Of a stretch of 60,384 bases of DNA, positions 38,290-48,636 are shown piece by piece. The stretch lies in the IMG/VR virus record IMGVR_UViG_3300027985_001690, one strand, 5' to 3'. The notes beneath the pieces were generated by a model, which was not told the origin of the DNA, did not search any database, and worked only from the letters and a program-made list of their open reading frames with translations. The DNA is from an uncultured virus (IMG/VR IMGVR_UViG_3300027985_001690). Taxonomy: Duplodnaviria; Heunggongvirae; Uroviricota; Caudoviricetes. Position 1 is the stretch's first letter; each line of letters starts with the position of its first letter. Both the position numbers and the translations under genes were made by a program.

Positions 38290-38647
38290 TGGATCCGCCG
38301 GGAGTCGAACCCGGGTCCGCAAGCGATCAACCACATCCCTCGTTCACGCGCGTAGCTGGTCTAAGGCTTCCAGCGGCCTTCAGCGCCGTGGGGGTGCGGC
38401 GCCTCCACCACCGTCTAAATCTCGGCTCTTCGGTCGACGGATTCCTCGAGCCCAATCCCACTAGGTTGTCGCTGCAGCTGGCCGCGGGAGCCTCCAGCCT
38501 CAGCGCCGAGCAGCTGTCAGGCTGCAGCGGACATCGCGTTGTTGTCGTTCGCGATTGGAGTTGCACCGATTTGATCAAGCCAGTTCCGGTGCCTCTGGCT
38601 GCGCGCGAGACGTCGTCTCCTGCCCACGTCGAAACCAAGTCGGACCC
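38290..38647 (-). ncRNA. ssrA: tmRNA, tag (A)ANDNNAMSAAA* at 38552-38517
   Basis: 5' GGGTCCGACTTGGTTTCGAC; 3' CCGGGTTCGACTCCCGGCGGATCCA; acceptor stem with G3-U Ala determinant; CCA not encoded. Confidence 0.95.
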
Positions 38648-38828
38648 ATGCTCACGTTCAGTAACGCATGACACCCTCCTATGACTTGTCGAATGTTCCA
38701 CGACGGATCGATGCTATCACGTGGATCAGGAATGACAACCCCGGATCGATCGCTCGAACCGGGGTCAGGCAACGACATGGATATCCATGGTCCTTCGGAT
38801 GTACCGACGTGCTCTGGACGTATCCAGG

Positions 38829-39503
38829 CTACATCTTTCTCGCGAGCCAGTCCAACGTCTCCTTGGATCCATAGAACCGGTTGAGGTCCACCAGACCACG
38901 GATGCCATCGACCTTCGCGCGGTTGGTATGCTGCCAGATGATCGCGTCCACCCATGGCCGAGGGATGTTCAGCGGGGGCGACCAGTCCGCGATCCATGCA
39001 GGGTGCCTGCTGAACCGGTCGTCATCACCGATTGCCGACGCCCACCAACCGATCATGGTGTAGACCCATGGGCACAGCCCCGTTTCCACCTCGACCTCGT
39101 GTAGCCACCGCAGAAGGGCGTCCGCGCCTGGGTGCCCGCTCTCCGCATCCAATACCGGTGGGAGCAGCCCTGGAACCGCGCCGACATTGAGCATGCCGAC
39201 CGAGCGCAGGGCGTCCAGGAACGTTCTCGCCTGCGCCTCTGGCTCGGGCGCGTCGGAGTACTCGTCGGGCGATTCGTAGTAGTGGTACGCCCCAACCACA
39301 ATCCCGGCCCCGCGAGCTGCCTTCATGTGCGCGACCAGTTTTCGGTCGAGCTCCCCGCCATGGCTGACTCGGATGATCGCGAACTGGACGCCCGCGGCGA
39401 CGACGCGGTTCCAATCCTCGATCTGGTTGTGGTGGGAGATGTCGATCCCGAGTACTTCGCTCGGTTCTTCAGGTAGATGTTCTACGGGGATGGTGTCGGA
39501 CAT
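38829..39503 (-). CDS. GH25 lysozyme (endolysin)
   Basis: GIDISHHN, VGAYHY, PPVLDAE, IWQHT, VDLNRF. Confidence 0.92.
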   Translation of the reverse strand: MSDTIPVEHLPEEPSEVLGIDISHHNQIEDWNRVVAAGVQFAIIRVSHGGELDRKLVAHMKAARGAGIVVGAYHYYESPDEYSDAPEPEAQARTFLDALRSVGMLNVGAVPGLLPPVLDAESGHPGADALLRWLHEVEVETGLCPWVYTMIGWWASAIGDDDRFSRHPAWIADWSPPLNIPRPWVDAIIWQHTNRAKVDGIRGLVDLNRFYGSKETLDWLARKM

Positions 39504-39534
39504 GCGTCATTTGTACGATGTCCCGCGGGAACAA

Positions 39535-39777
39535 TCAATCGTCGACGCCCCAGCTGGCGACGTCCTCGAGGAAGCTGGGGATCTCCTGATCGGACACTCC
39601 AAGGGCCGCTAGCGCCTGGCGCCAGTCGTCCTCGTCCCACCCGGATAGATCCTCTCCCTGGGTCTTCTTCTCGATGCAGAATCCCTGCACAAGATCTTCG
39701 GTATCATCGTCATCCGGTGGGTTCTGCCGTGGATGCCGTCGCGCGAATTCGAGCGCTTGCTCAGCTAGCGTTGCCAT
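39535..39777 (-). CDS. Small acidic protein with N-terminal RQNP motif
   Basis: GAGG RBS; MATLAEQALEFARRHPRQNP. Confidence 0.65.
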   Translation of the reverse strand: MATLAEQALEFARRHPRQNPPDDDDTEDLVQGFCIEKKTQGEDLSGWDEDDWRQALAALGVSDQEIPSFLEDVASWGVDD

Positions 39778-39785
39778 GGTTCACC

Positions 39786-41522
39786 TCAGTGCTTCCCGTA
39801 GACGATCGGGAGCAGCTTCATGTCCTTTTCCTCGCGGTCGTTCGTTGTGCCCCAGCAGACCCTGCAGGCCTCGGCGTGGTCGGGGTCCCTAGCAACGGTG
39901 CACGCGCCCGCTGCCTGGAACTCCTGAACCTTGGCCGGGATGGTTCCCGGATTCTCGGCCAGCGTTTGCTCGGTCGCGCGAACCGGGCGCCCGGTCCCGG
40001 GGTTGATCACGAAGAGCTCCGTGACGGGGTTGTACACCGCGTCGTAGAAGACGTCGTTCTTGCGCGCCGGCGTCGCTGCGTCGTAGGGGGGGAACATTGC
40101 GAACGCCTGCTGCTTCGGGTTCGGCTTCTTGTCTCCGTTCGAAAGCTGCTCGGCCATCAGCATCATCGCGTGCTTCATGACCTTGTCCCTCTGGGGGCCC
40201 TTGAGACGCTTTCCGGCGCCCTTGACCTTGTCGAACATGGTGCCCTTGGTGGGAATCTCGACAAATCGCTTCATGAAGGTCAGCAGGCGCTTCTTGCGAT
40301 CCTCGCTCAGTGGCTTTGCCGCCCGTGCGATCGTCATGGTGGCAGGCAGCGCGCCGCCGCCGATGCTCGTCGGGAGGTAAGCCGGGCAGACCCAAGAGTC
40401 GCCGGTCGCTCCCTGGATCTTGGTCTTGATCTTCCCGTCCTGCACGCGGAACGCGACGGAGTTGGAGCTGGCGCCGCCGGCGAGCCCATGGATCTGCGGA
40501 GACGGGGAGTCGAAGAACAGACCGCTCGGTCGCAGCGCGAGGTTCTTGGGGATCTTGTTCCTTCGGATCCGGTCCTCGAGGACCTTCGCCATTTCCCCGT
40601 GCGCCCACACTCGCGTCGGCGCCCAGAAGTGCACGTTGGGCAACCGCTCGCAGATCTCGAGCCAGGAGTCGAAGTACTCCTCGTTGACCATGTCGCCGGC
40701 GTCGTGGATCCGGAAGTAGTCAGGATGGGTCGCCTCGGCGAGGGCGAACGGATCGGATCCTGCCCTGCGCATCCGTTTCTTGGATGCGAGTTGGCTCTGC
40801 TTGATGACGCCAACCATCGTGGGGATGAACAGGCGCTTGGGCATCGCCCACCCCATGAGCCACGCTCGTCGCCACTCCATGATCGTGACCATGGACGGGT
40901 TTCCATAGCAGTTCTTCATCGCGTAGCAGCCGTTGCAGATGAACCGCTCCACCGCTTCCTTGGCGTTGGGGACCTCGGCCCGCATCTGCTCGGCGGCGTG
41001 GCTCTTCGAGCGGGCGATGGCGATCGCGATGTCCTTGGACCTGTCCTGGCCTTCCGTGTCCAGGTAGAACGCCAGCTGCGCGCCGGGGCACGTCCCACCG
41101 TGGGCCTCGGGGCCGGCGGGCATGTTCCAGGAGAAGCATCCCATCTTCGAGGTGTTGGTGAGCAGGCCCATTTGCATCAGAAAGACGGCGTCCGCGGCGC
41201 TGTTCTCCGACACCGACTTCGTCTTGGCCTTCCGCATAGCCTCACGGATGTCCTTGTACGCGATGTACCGGTCGAACAGCGTACCGACCATGCCCACGCG
41301 CATCAGCGTGAACCGCCATCCGTATTGGGCGCGACCTCGAGGTCGGATCTTCGAGAGCTCGAGCCTCGATGGCTTTCGAAGCTTCGAAAAGTCGAACCCC
41401 CCGTCGTCGTCGATGGGTGGCAGCTCCTCCGGCCCCATCGCTGGGTTCGGTAGGATCTGCCGGATGAACGGACGCAGCTTGATCACGTGTGGCTGAGCTG
41501 TCCCCTCTGCTTTGACTGCCAT
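39786..41522 (-). CDS. GP88-like (radical-SAM-related) domain protein
   Basis: SKM..FSWNMPAG..TCPGA..CNGCYA; FRIHDAGD; FWAPTR; C-terminal CRVCW..IVYGKH. Confidence 0.7.
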   Translation of the reverse strand: MAVKAEGTAQPHVIKLRPFIRQILPNPAMGPEELPPIDDDGGFDFSKLRKPSRLELSKIRPRGRAQYGWRFTLMRVGMVGTLFDRYIAYKDIREAMRKAKTKSVSENSAADAVFLMQMGLLTNTSKMGCFSWNMPAGPEAHGGTCPGAQLAFYLDTEGQDRSKDIAIAIARSKSHAAEQMRAEVPNAKEAVERFICNGCYAMKNCYGNPSMVTIMEWRRAWLMGWAMPKRLFIPTMVGVIKQSQLASKKRMRRAGSDPFALAEATHPDYFRIHDAGDMVNEEYFDSWLEICERLPNVHFWAPTRVWAHGEMAKVLEDRIRRNKIPKNLALRPSGLFFDSPSPQIHGLAGGASSNSVAFRVQDGKIKTKIQGATGDSWVCPAYLPTSIGGGALPATMTIARAAKPLSEDRKKRLLTFMKRFVEIPTKGTMFDKVKGAGKRLKGPQRDKVMKHAMMLMAEQLSNGDKKPNPKQQAFAMFPPYDAATPARKNDVFYDAVYNPVTELFVINPGTGRPVRATEQTLAENPGTIPAKVQEFQAAGACTVARDPDHAEACRVCWGTTNDREEKDMKLLPIVYGKH

Positions 41523-41533
41523 TGGTCTTTCCT

Positions 41534-41851
41534 TTACGCGAGCGCCTCGTCGAGCGTCTTGTTGATCTGCTCCTCGACGGCCTTGACAATGCCGGTCTGG
41601 ATCCGAAGCATCATCGGCAATCGAACCACGATGTTGATCCATCCTGGGCCGATCTGAAGGTGGCCGTCCGTTCCCTTCGCGAGACCAGTCTTCGCCTCGA
41701 AGCACACCGACTGGCTGGCTGCGTCCCACCGGGTCGTGAGCGAGAGCTCCTGGGTGAGCTTTGCCACCATGGTGTTGATCCGTTTGGATAGGTCATCCGC
41801 TGGAATGTGCGATGTCTCTTTCCGGATGTCGATGGCGGAGTTAGCGTTCAT
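41534..41851 (-). CDS. Polyhydroxyalkanoic-acid-system family protein
   Basis: Length and pattern (IDIRK..H...W....F....G..G.L......I.V.LP..L). Confidence 0.6.
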   Translation of the reverse strand: MNANSAIDIRKETSHIPADDLSKRINTMVAKLTQELSLTTRWDAASQSVCFEAKTGLAKGTDGHLQIGPGWINIVVRLPMMLRIQTGIVKAVEEQINKTLDEALA

Positions 41852-42441
41852 GGTTGTTTCACCTCTTTGGTTGCTTCCCAGATCTCGTCGGCCCACTGCC
41901 GATATGCATCGGGCGACAGGTGCACGTTGTCTTTGGCATACCCCGACGTCGGCTTGTCCACCAGCACGGATATGCCCTTGATGGCGAGCGCGTGCTCGAG
42001 CACGGCCACGACGGAGTCATAGGATTTCAGGTGCTCTCCGGTGGGCTCCACCCAAACCACGGGCACCCGAGCGAGCGATGCGTACTGCAGGATCTTGTCC
42101 ATGCTTCGCTCGAAGGACGTCCCTGCGCCGGCGGCGTCGTTGGTTCCCAGCGCGACAACAAGGACGTCGACCCCTTCCAGGTCCGGCAGCTTGTCGAGCC
42201 AATACCCGGTCAATGTGCCACCCTTGGCGGAGTAGTCGACCTGGACGTCGTCCAACTCGGCGCGGGCGAGCAGCTGTGGCCTGAGACCGACGGCCAGCGA
42301 GTCACCGATCACCGCTACCCGTTCGAGCTTGACCGGCTCCGGCTCCGGTGCCGGCGGTTCCAACTCCGACTGCTCGCCCCTCATCCTGAACAGCCCGTAT
42401 GCCCCGAGGAGCGCGAGCGCCCCGATGATTGCCAGTTCCAT
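41848..42441 (-). CDS. SGNH/GDSL esterase with N-terminal TM
   Basis: IGDSL, GG, LGTND, DNVH blocks. Confidence 0.88.
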   Translation of the reverse strand: MELAIIGALALLGAYGLFRMRGEQSELEPPAPEPEPVKLERVAVIGDSLAVGLRPQLLARAELDDVQVDYSAKGGTLTGYWLDKLPDLEGVDVLVVALGTNDAAGAGTSFERSMDKILQYASLARVPVVWVEPTGEHLKSYDSVVAVLEHALAIKGISVLVDKPTSGYAKDNVHLSPDAYRQWADEIWEATKEVKQP

Positions 42442-42839
42442 CACGATCCCAATTTCTCTCTGTAGATACCTGGTGGAACAAGGATCGTATCTCCTGCGAC
42501 CGATTCGTCGTCGTTGGCGACGACACATCCCGCCGACAGGATGGCCTCGAGCTCGTCCGCGCATTGGGTGTTGACCTCGACCATGGCCTCCCATCTCGAC
42601 TTGTCGAATGGGTTCTCCAGGTCGCCGCGGAGGGATAGCGCGTGCTTGGCCTGCTCGACGTTCTGCCTCCACCGACGGATGAGCTCGTCGTCGCTCTCCT
42701 TCGCCTGTCGCAACCTGATGGCGCAGTCCAAGTACGAGATGTGCCTCTGCTCGCAGGCGACGTAGGTATCAAATGTCATCGCATCCTGCGCTTCGCGCGC
42801 TCGTGTCAGCCAGATTCCTTCAAGCTCACTTCGATCCAT
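42441..42839 (-). CDS. Hypothetical protein
   Basis: GGAGG RBS; TGATG coupling. Confidence 0.6.
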   Translation of the reverse strand: MDRSELEGIWLTRAREAQDAMTFDTYVACEQRHISYLDCAIRLRQAKESDDELIRRWRQNVEQAKHALSLRGDLENPFDKSRWEAMVEVNTQCADELEAILSAGCVVANDDESVAGDTILVPPGIYREKLGS

Positions 42840-44613
42840 CATTTCCTCCACTCGTGATTTCCTCAATGTAGCTGTCTAACCGGTCCCTGTCCGGCGAGTA
42901 TCCCCACATGATGAGCTCGAGGTGCTTTCGTGTGGGTCGCCCCTTCGAATCCCACAGCCCACTCATTCCGACGGGCAACAGATCGATGTCCTCCCTCTGT
43001 TGTTCCATGACCTTGAGTCGTCTGAGTTGTGCAGACGTCTTCAAGTTCTTTCGAGCTCGCTCGATAGCGGCGTCCAGCCTCTTCCGTTCCTTGTCCCTGG
43101 CGTGACGTTCGCTCTCTTTCATCTCGTACGCTGACAGGATCCTGTCTCGCTGTTGGATGTACTCCAGGGGCATCTTTCGGAAATCGTAGTTTGCCCGCTT
43201 CAGCGCGTCGAAGAACGCCTGGGCCGACTTCGAGACCTTCGGATACGCCGCCTGCTCCAAGACGCCCATGGTTAGGGTGTCGAGCAGATCGTACTGCCGC
43301 TTGTACGCGGGCTGCCTGTGTCCGGGGGCGAACGCGTTGGCGTCGTTCAGGACGCGGGCGACCTTCTCCCGTATCAATCGCTTGTTGGCCGGCGTGAGGT
43401 AGCCTTGGATCCTACGCCACGTCTCACTGGTCTCGATGAGGTCGTCAAAGGACATGATGGCGAACCGCTGCGGGTTGTCGTTGTATCGCCTCGAAGCGTC
43501 CAGGGTTTGAACCGCTATCTCCTGCGCCCTGGCCTCCACCTCCTCGGGATCGTTGAAGTACTTGGCGTAGCTGGCCTCCGTAGGAGCTGCAGGCAGCGAA
43601 GAGTAGCTCTGCAGTCGCATGTACCGGATGCGACCGACGTGAGTCGCCTCATGCAGAAGCACGCGTTCTATCTCCTGGCCCAGGAAAGACTTGGCACCGA
43701 TCCACGGACCGATCAGCGTCAGATTCATCCAGTAACCAGCGGGAAGCTGTCCCGGCCTACCCGGCTTCATAACGGAAACGGAGCCGGATATCCCCAATTC
43801 GTCTCCAGGCTTGACAAAGATCAGGATGTCCATGGTCACAGGACCGCCAACAGCCGGAAAGGTCACGTCGTCGAGGGACAATTCGTATGGCTCCTCGACC
43901 TTTCCGTTCCCGACGCTTCGGATGTACAGGTTCCGGATCCTGGCGGCAAGACGGGCGATCTCCTTGTGGTCGACTTTGACCGGGGCCGGGTTGCGAAGCC
44001 TCCCAGCGGGGTTGGGAAGGAGCTTGTCGACGGCCTTTCGAAACTTCTTCCCCTCCTCCGACTTGTTGGTCGGGGCCAGGTCATCGAGCTTGATCCCCTC
44101 CTTCGTCATCCAGGCACGGTACAGGGACGTAGCCACACCTCTGCGACGAAACAGCGGGTTCACCTTGATCATGTGGATGTAATACTTTCCGTCGAAAACA
44201 GACGACCTGGACCATTCGAGCTTGCCCACTTCTTTCGACACGCCAGGGGTGAAGGCCTTCACCCATCCATAGCCCTCGGGCGTCGTGTGATGCTCAAATG
44301 TCAGGTCGATTCTCTTTCCGTGCTTTTTCCGAAGATACCGTAGAATCTGCTGGTCAAGCTTCGTCGATTCCGTAGACGTCTCCACCATGACTCCGTCGAC
44401 CCATGCTGCCACCTGCTCCGCGCCAGCTCCAATCCTGTCCAACCGTCGACCGTCGCTCGACAGTATCCTTCCCTCCTTGGGTAGCTCCTCGACAAACGCG
44501 TCGATGACATTCTTGTCGGACTTAGTGAGCGATGGATTGCTAAGCCGAAGCGTCGGTTTGGGTAGCAACTCGTCCACTGCCTTCCGGAACTTCTTGGAGT
44601 CGCGAGCGTTCAT
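42826..44613 (-). CDS. Polyvalent protein: GNAT acetyltransferase plus HExxH metallopeptidase
   Basis: IKVNPLFRRRGVATSLY; LLHEATH...YFNDPEEVEARAQE; duplicated KKFRKAVDxLLPxP. Confidence 0.75.
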   Translation of the reverse strand: MNARDSKKFRKAVDELLPKPTLRLSNPSLTKSDKNVIDAFVEELPKEGRILSSDGRRLDRIGAGAEQVAAWVDGVMVETSTESTKLDQQILRYLRKKHGKRIDLTFEHHTTPEGYGWVKAFTPGVSKEVGKLEWSRSSVFDGKYYIHMIKVNPLFRRRGVATSLYRAWMTKEGIKLDDLAPTNKSEEGKKFRKAVDKLLPNPAGRLRNPAPVKVDHKEIARLAARIRNLYIRSVGNGKVEEPYELSLDDVTFPAVGGPVTMDILIFVKPGDELGISGSVSVMKPGRPGQLPAGYWMNLTLIGPWIGAKSFLGQEIERVLLHEATHVGRIRYMRLQSYSSLPAAPTEASYAKYFNDPEEVEARAQEIAVQTLDASRRYNDNPQRFAIMSFDDLIETSETWRRIQGYLTPANKRLIREKVARVLNDANAFAPGHRQPAYKRQYDLLDTLTMGVLEQAAYPKVSKSAQAFFDALKRANYDFRKMPLEYIQQRDRILSAYEMKESERHARDKERKRLDAAIERARKNLKTSAQLRRLKVMEQQREDIDLLPVGMSGLWDSKGRPTRKHLELIMWGYSPDRDRLDSYIEEITSGGNDGSK

Positions 44614-44621
44614 GGGATCCC

Positions 44622-45254
44622 CTAGTTCTTTGGAGTTGCGCACTCGGATAGTAGCGGGTGCGCCCACGGGTTGTCGCATCCGGTGATGATGCGTACCAGA
44701 CCATCCTTGAGCAGTCTGGCATCGGGGGGAACGACCAGCGTCTTGCCGTCGATCGCAACCCGGTATCGACACGGACATTCCTTGGTGATCACCAGGTCTG
44801 GCTTGCCTCCGCAGGACTGGGTGGGAAGGGTCGGAGCTTTCGCGCTGAGCAGCTGCTGCGTCCCGTCGCAGGACGGAACCCAATCGTTGTCGATCTTGAT
44901 CTGCCAGCATCCGAAATCGTACGCCGACCTGCACGTCGAGGTGAAGTTCGTTGTGCGGCAGTAGGTCTTGTCCAGTACCTCCTTTGGGATCACGTACCCG
45001 GGGAAGTTCTTGGTCAAGCACGCCTGGACGTCCATCGCCATTTCGTCGAGGTAGCTGAGGTCGCGCCGCACTCCCCCGGTGTCGACGGGGATGCCCATAG
45101 GGGTGTGGGCATCGATCTCGATGTCACCCTTGTAGTGGTGCGTCTCCATGTTCGGAGACTTGAACAGCTTGCAGTCCTCCATCGAAGCTCGACAGCCGAC
45201 TACGCTGAGAACCGCCAGGATGGATACGGCTACCATGATAGAGAGCTTGCTCAT
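44622..45254 (-). CDS. Cys-rich lipoprotein
   Basis: ILAVLSVVGC lipobox; many Cys. Confidence 0.7.
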   Translation of the reverse strand: MSKLSIMVAVSILAVLSVVGCRASMEDCKLFKSPNMETHHYKGDIEIDAHTPMGIPVDTGGVRRDLSYLDEMAMDVQACLTKNFPGYVIPKEVLDKTYCRTTNFTSTCRSAYDFGCWQIKIDNDWVPSCDGTQQLLSAKAPTLPTQSCGGKPDLVITKECPCRYRVAIDGKTLVVPPDARLLKDGLVRIITGCDNPWAHPLLSECATPKN

Positions 45255-47294
45255 CGCTTACCTCGCTTTGCCTTGCGTGCCTTCGGGTTCTTGGCCCTAC
45301 GTGCACCGGTTGGATTGGACTTGCGCGCGTCTTCCTTCACGTCCTTCCATCTCGCCCTCGAGCCGGCTGCTGCAGCCCCGACCTTGTCCGGGATGGGCGC
45401 GGCCTTACCTCCGTGCAACCACGTGAGGTCGACGATCTCCCTGGTCCCGCTCGGCACGCGCCCACCTTTTTTCGGGACCGTCCAAACCGTCACGATGCCG
45501 TCGTAGCCGTCCTTCGCGATGGCCTTGGACAGAACCCGGCCCTTCTTTCCTCCGTAGTGCTTTTGCAGCAGGGCCTTCCAGGAACCCGGACCATAGATCC
45601 TATCCTCGTCCGTCGTCAGAGCCAGCACCAGCGGCTTTCGAAACCTGATGGTTCCCGACTCGTGTTTGCTCCGATCGTCGGGCGACTGCATCGACATCGG
45701 CAGATGGATCATGTACCTGCCGGATGGCTCAATGTCCTGCTGGTAGGTCGAGCCCAGGTTCGGAGCGGGATCGGTGCGCCGATAGAAGTCGAACTCCACA
45801 GGGACGCCGGTGGCGAATCGCTTGCCGTACTCCTTGACGTCTACGAGAGGCAGGCTCGATGCATCTTTGGAAGGGTTGCGGCGCCGAAGCAACTCCCTGT
45901 TGGGCCCGTGCACCGGGTTGGGCTTCCGACCAGCTGCGCGGTACACCCCATTCGACAGCGTCAGCGCCCCATCTCCAACCAACCTGGATAGGATGACGGT
46001 CACGACGATGTCGGGCACCCTTTCCTGCATGACCTCGATTTCGTCGGTACCGATGTCCATCTCCCAGCCGTTGAGCTTGTTGACCAGCTTGACGACCGCG
46101 GCCCACTCCTTCGGATAGGAGACCATCGCCTCCTGCTCGAGCGCCCACGCCTGGACGTCCTGCCAGAACTTCCTCGAGCTCGCCGGCAGCGGCAGCGCGA
46201 CTCGCCTTCGATCTTTGGCGAAGAGCTTGTTCTCGGCGATTGCTTGCACGGCCCGAGCTGCCCTGACCTCCTTCGGATATCCACTGCCCAGGTTCGGAAG
46301 GTTTCCGGAGGCTAGCCTCTCGTTGTACACCCGCTCGGCCCACTCTCGCCCCTTGGCTGGATTTGACATGTAGAAGTCCTCCGGAATGCTCTCTTTGGGT
46401 CTCCAGTCCATGTCAGGTTGCATGAACTCGTGTATCGCATGTACCGCCTCGTCCCACGATCGACCCTTGTAGACCTGTTCTCTTTCTTCCAGGGTGCCGT
46501 GAAGCCACTCGTCCAACTCGGCTTCTTCGGGGGGTGAAGGATAAGCGTACACAATGACATGCGTTCGTTTCTTGCCGGACTGAATCTCGAATAGTCCCAC
46601 AGGGGTGTCCAGGTAAGTCCAACCTCCGTCCACCCAAGCTCGACTCACGTTCTCGCAAATGTCTGGGAACTCGCTGCAGATCCAACGCTTGTCCATGCCC
46701 TTCGGATCGTAAGGATTGCTCTTCGCCTCGCGCGCCAGCGGCCCTCGGTAGAGCACGAGCTTTGGGGAAGCGTCGGTCCAGACCCGCTTTCCGTGGGCGT
46801 GACCCGGGGGCCGGCGGGCGCTGCGTCCCGTCGTGACGCCGAGGGACCGGTACCCAGCTCGACGGAAGCTCGCTCCTGCGACCGGCGACTTGACCTCGGA
46901 TGGATCCACGAGCGATTCCCAGTGCACGACATTGCCGTATGGTTCGCCACTCGACGTAACCGCCGATTCCCAATCCCGCTTCGCCACGGGGTGCCACGCC
47001 TAGGATGGCCGAGGCCTTCGTCTTGCCGGGGGCGTCGAGCCGATAGATGAAGTTGGAGACAGTCCCCGGGAGGGGGCGCGCGTCCTTGAGCCCCAATCGT
47101 CGCCGCGGGGCCAGTTTGTAGGCTGGCTCGCCGAGCCCGATCCACCCTCGATGCTCGCCGTCCTCGAGGATCTCCCACGCCATCTTCTTGCCTGGGGGAG
47201 GCCCCGCCGACTTGGTGTAGTGTGCCTTGATCGCGGCGATAAAGCGCGGGTCCCACGTGCTCTTGAGACGTCGGAAGGTGATGGCTGGCGGCAT
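45251..47294 (-). CDS. Polyvalent protein: Mom-like N-terminal domain (frameshift near 47000), two unknown domains, ART-like domain, basic tail
   Basis: HY..PPG..WIGLG..NFIYR..ASAIL joined to AWHPVAKRDW..ESLVDP..GASFRRAGYRSLG; later GRYM..FRKPLV..GYDGIV..EIV. Confidence 0.6.
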
Positions 47295-47304
47295 GCCCGA
47301 TAGG

Positions 47305-47820
47305 CTACCCCTCCTGATCATCGATGCCAAGGCCATCCGGTCGGGGGAACTTGCCCTGCTTTTCGAGCTCCATCTGCTCCTCGTACGTCCCCGGGTAGGT
47401 CACGTGGTGCCAGCTTCCCTCTCCAGGATCCCTCAGCGTCGCGTACCCAATCCTCTGGATGCGCGCGACCTCAGCGGCGACGGTCCATGGCATGTTGATG
47501 CCATGAAGGCATTCCCCATGTGGCGGGATCCAAACCATGTTCCTGTTTGAACCGATTTGATCGAAACTATCGGCCCGAGTCGACGATGAGCAGATTTCGC
47601 TCAACGCCCAATACCGCACGGCGCTCTCGAAGAAGCAGTGAAGGTGCCTGGCGGCTTCCGGATCCACGACGGCCAACATGCCCTTGCCGTCCTCTGTCCA
47701 CCAGACAATCACTCGTCCGTTGTCTTGAAGTTCGCACTTACACGGGTGGTGTTTCTTGTCCACCGCGCACTCGTCCCCTAGGTAGGACATGATCGCGCTG
47801 TCTCTCAGGTGGGCTAGCAT
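47305..47820 (-). CDS. Hypothetical protein
   Basis: GGAGG RBS. Confidence 0.6.
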   Translation of the reverse strand: MLAHLRDSAIMSYLGDECAVDKKHHPCKCELQDNGRVIVWWTEDGKGMLAVVDPEAARHLHCFFESAVRYWALSEICSSSTRADSFDQIGSNRNMVWIPPHGECLHGINMPWTVAAEVARIQRIGYATLRDPGEGSWHHVTYPGTYEEQMELEKQGKFPRPDGLGIDDQEG

Positions 47821-47943
47821 GTTGCCTCCATCCACGATCGGTTGAAGGCCTCTGCCAGCGTCTCCGAGGGGCGCCCCCGCACCGATATCCGCACCGTGAT
47901 GTGCTCGGCCAACAGGATGTCGCGCAGCTCCACCATCGTGGTC

Positions 47944-48636
47944 TCACTTGTGATTGGCATCGTTCATCCTCTTTCGCTTGATCGCACTGATCTTTCGCCA
48001 GCGTTCGTTCGAGATTTCTTTCAGCTTCGTGATGTCGAGGGGGACCACCGGTTGGTCCAGCCACTCCTGCAGGCTTGCCGGGGCGTCCACGCGCCCGAGG
48101 TGTACGTAGGTCGGTTCGACGGGAAGCAACTCCCGGAGCAGTGGCCTGCTGTGCGTGACGAGGAAGATCCCCCTCGTAAAGTCGGGCGCCGTTTCGGAGA
48201 ATTCCCGGATGTACTGCCCCATGCCAGCGGACCAGCTGTCGCCGAGCCCCAGGTCGGGCTCATCCCAGAAAATCACGTGATCGCGGTCGCGCCCTCTGCA
48301 CGTGTGGACGCCGGCGATCACGGTGTGCGCCGAGTTCTCGCCGGTCGACTGGTCCACCTCGCTTCCGTACACCATGCTCCGCAATGCGTTGTGCCCGTCG
48401 GCTCGCCCCTGCATCGACGGATCCATGCATTCCACGCCGTTGCCCCTGCAGACCTGAGCGACGATGCGACGAAACACCGACTTGCCCCCAGCGTTGTCGC
48501 CGACGACTACGACGAGCTTGCCGTTGCCCGGGCGCCACACCGCAGGGATTACCTCTGGATCGAAGTACTCGATGCCATCAAGGATCCTACCGATCATAGT
48601 CTGGGGCGAGCGGCAGTCGCACTCGAATTGCATCAT
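47944..48636 (-). CDS. Stand-alone ABC-type ATPase
   Basis: GDNAGGKS Walker A, STGE signature-like, IFWDEPD Walker B, VTHS H-loop. Confidence 0.8.
   Translation of the reverse strand: MMQFECDCRSPQTMIGRILDGIEYFDPEVIPAVWRPGNGKLVVVVGDNAGGKSVFRRIVAQVCRGNGVECMDPSMQGRADGHNALRSMVYGSEVDQSTGENSAHTVIAGVHTCRGRDRDHVIFWDEPDLGLGDSWSAGMGQYIREFSETAPDFTRGIFLVTHSRPLLRELLPVEPTYVHLGRVDAPASLQEWLDQPVVPLDITKLKEISNERWRKISAIKRKRMNDANHK

Noticed and set aside
38290..38325. tRNA gene or prophage att site
   Set aside because: The T-arm and acceptor belong to the tmRNA; no second copy or integrase is seen in the window
47944..48636. Genome-packaging ATPase
   Set aside because: Motifs are ABC-type (DEP D-loop, H-loop), not FtsK/HerA/A32 or terminase, and it lies outside the structural block
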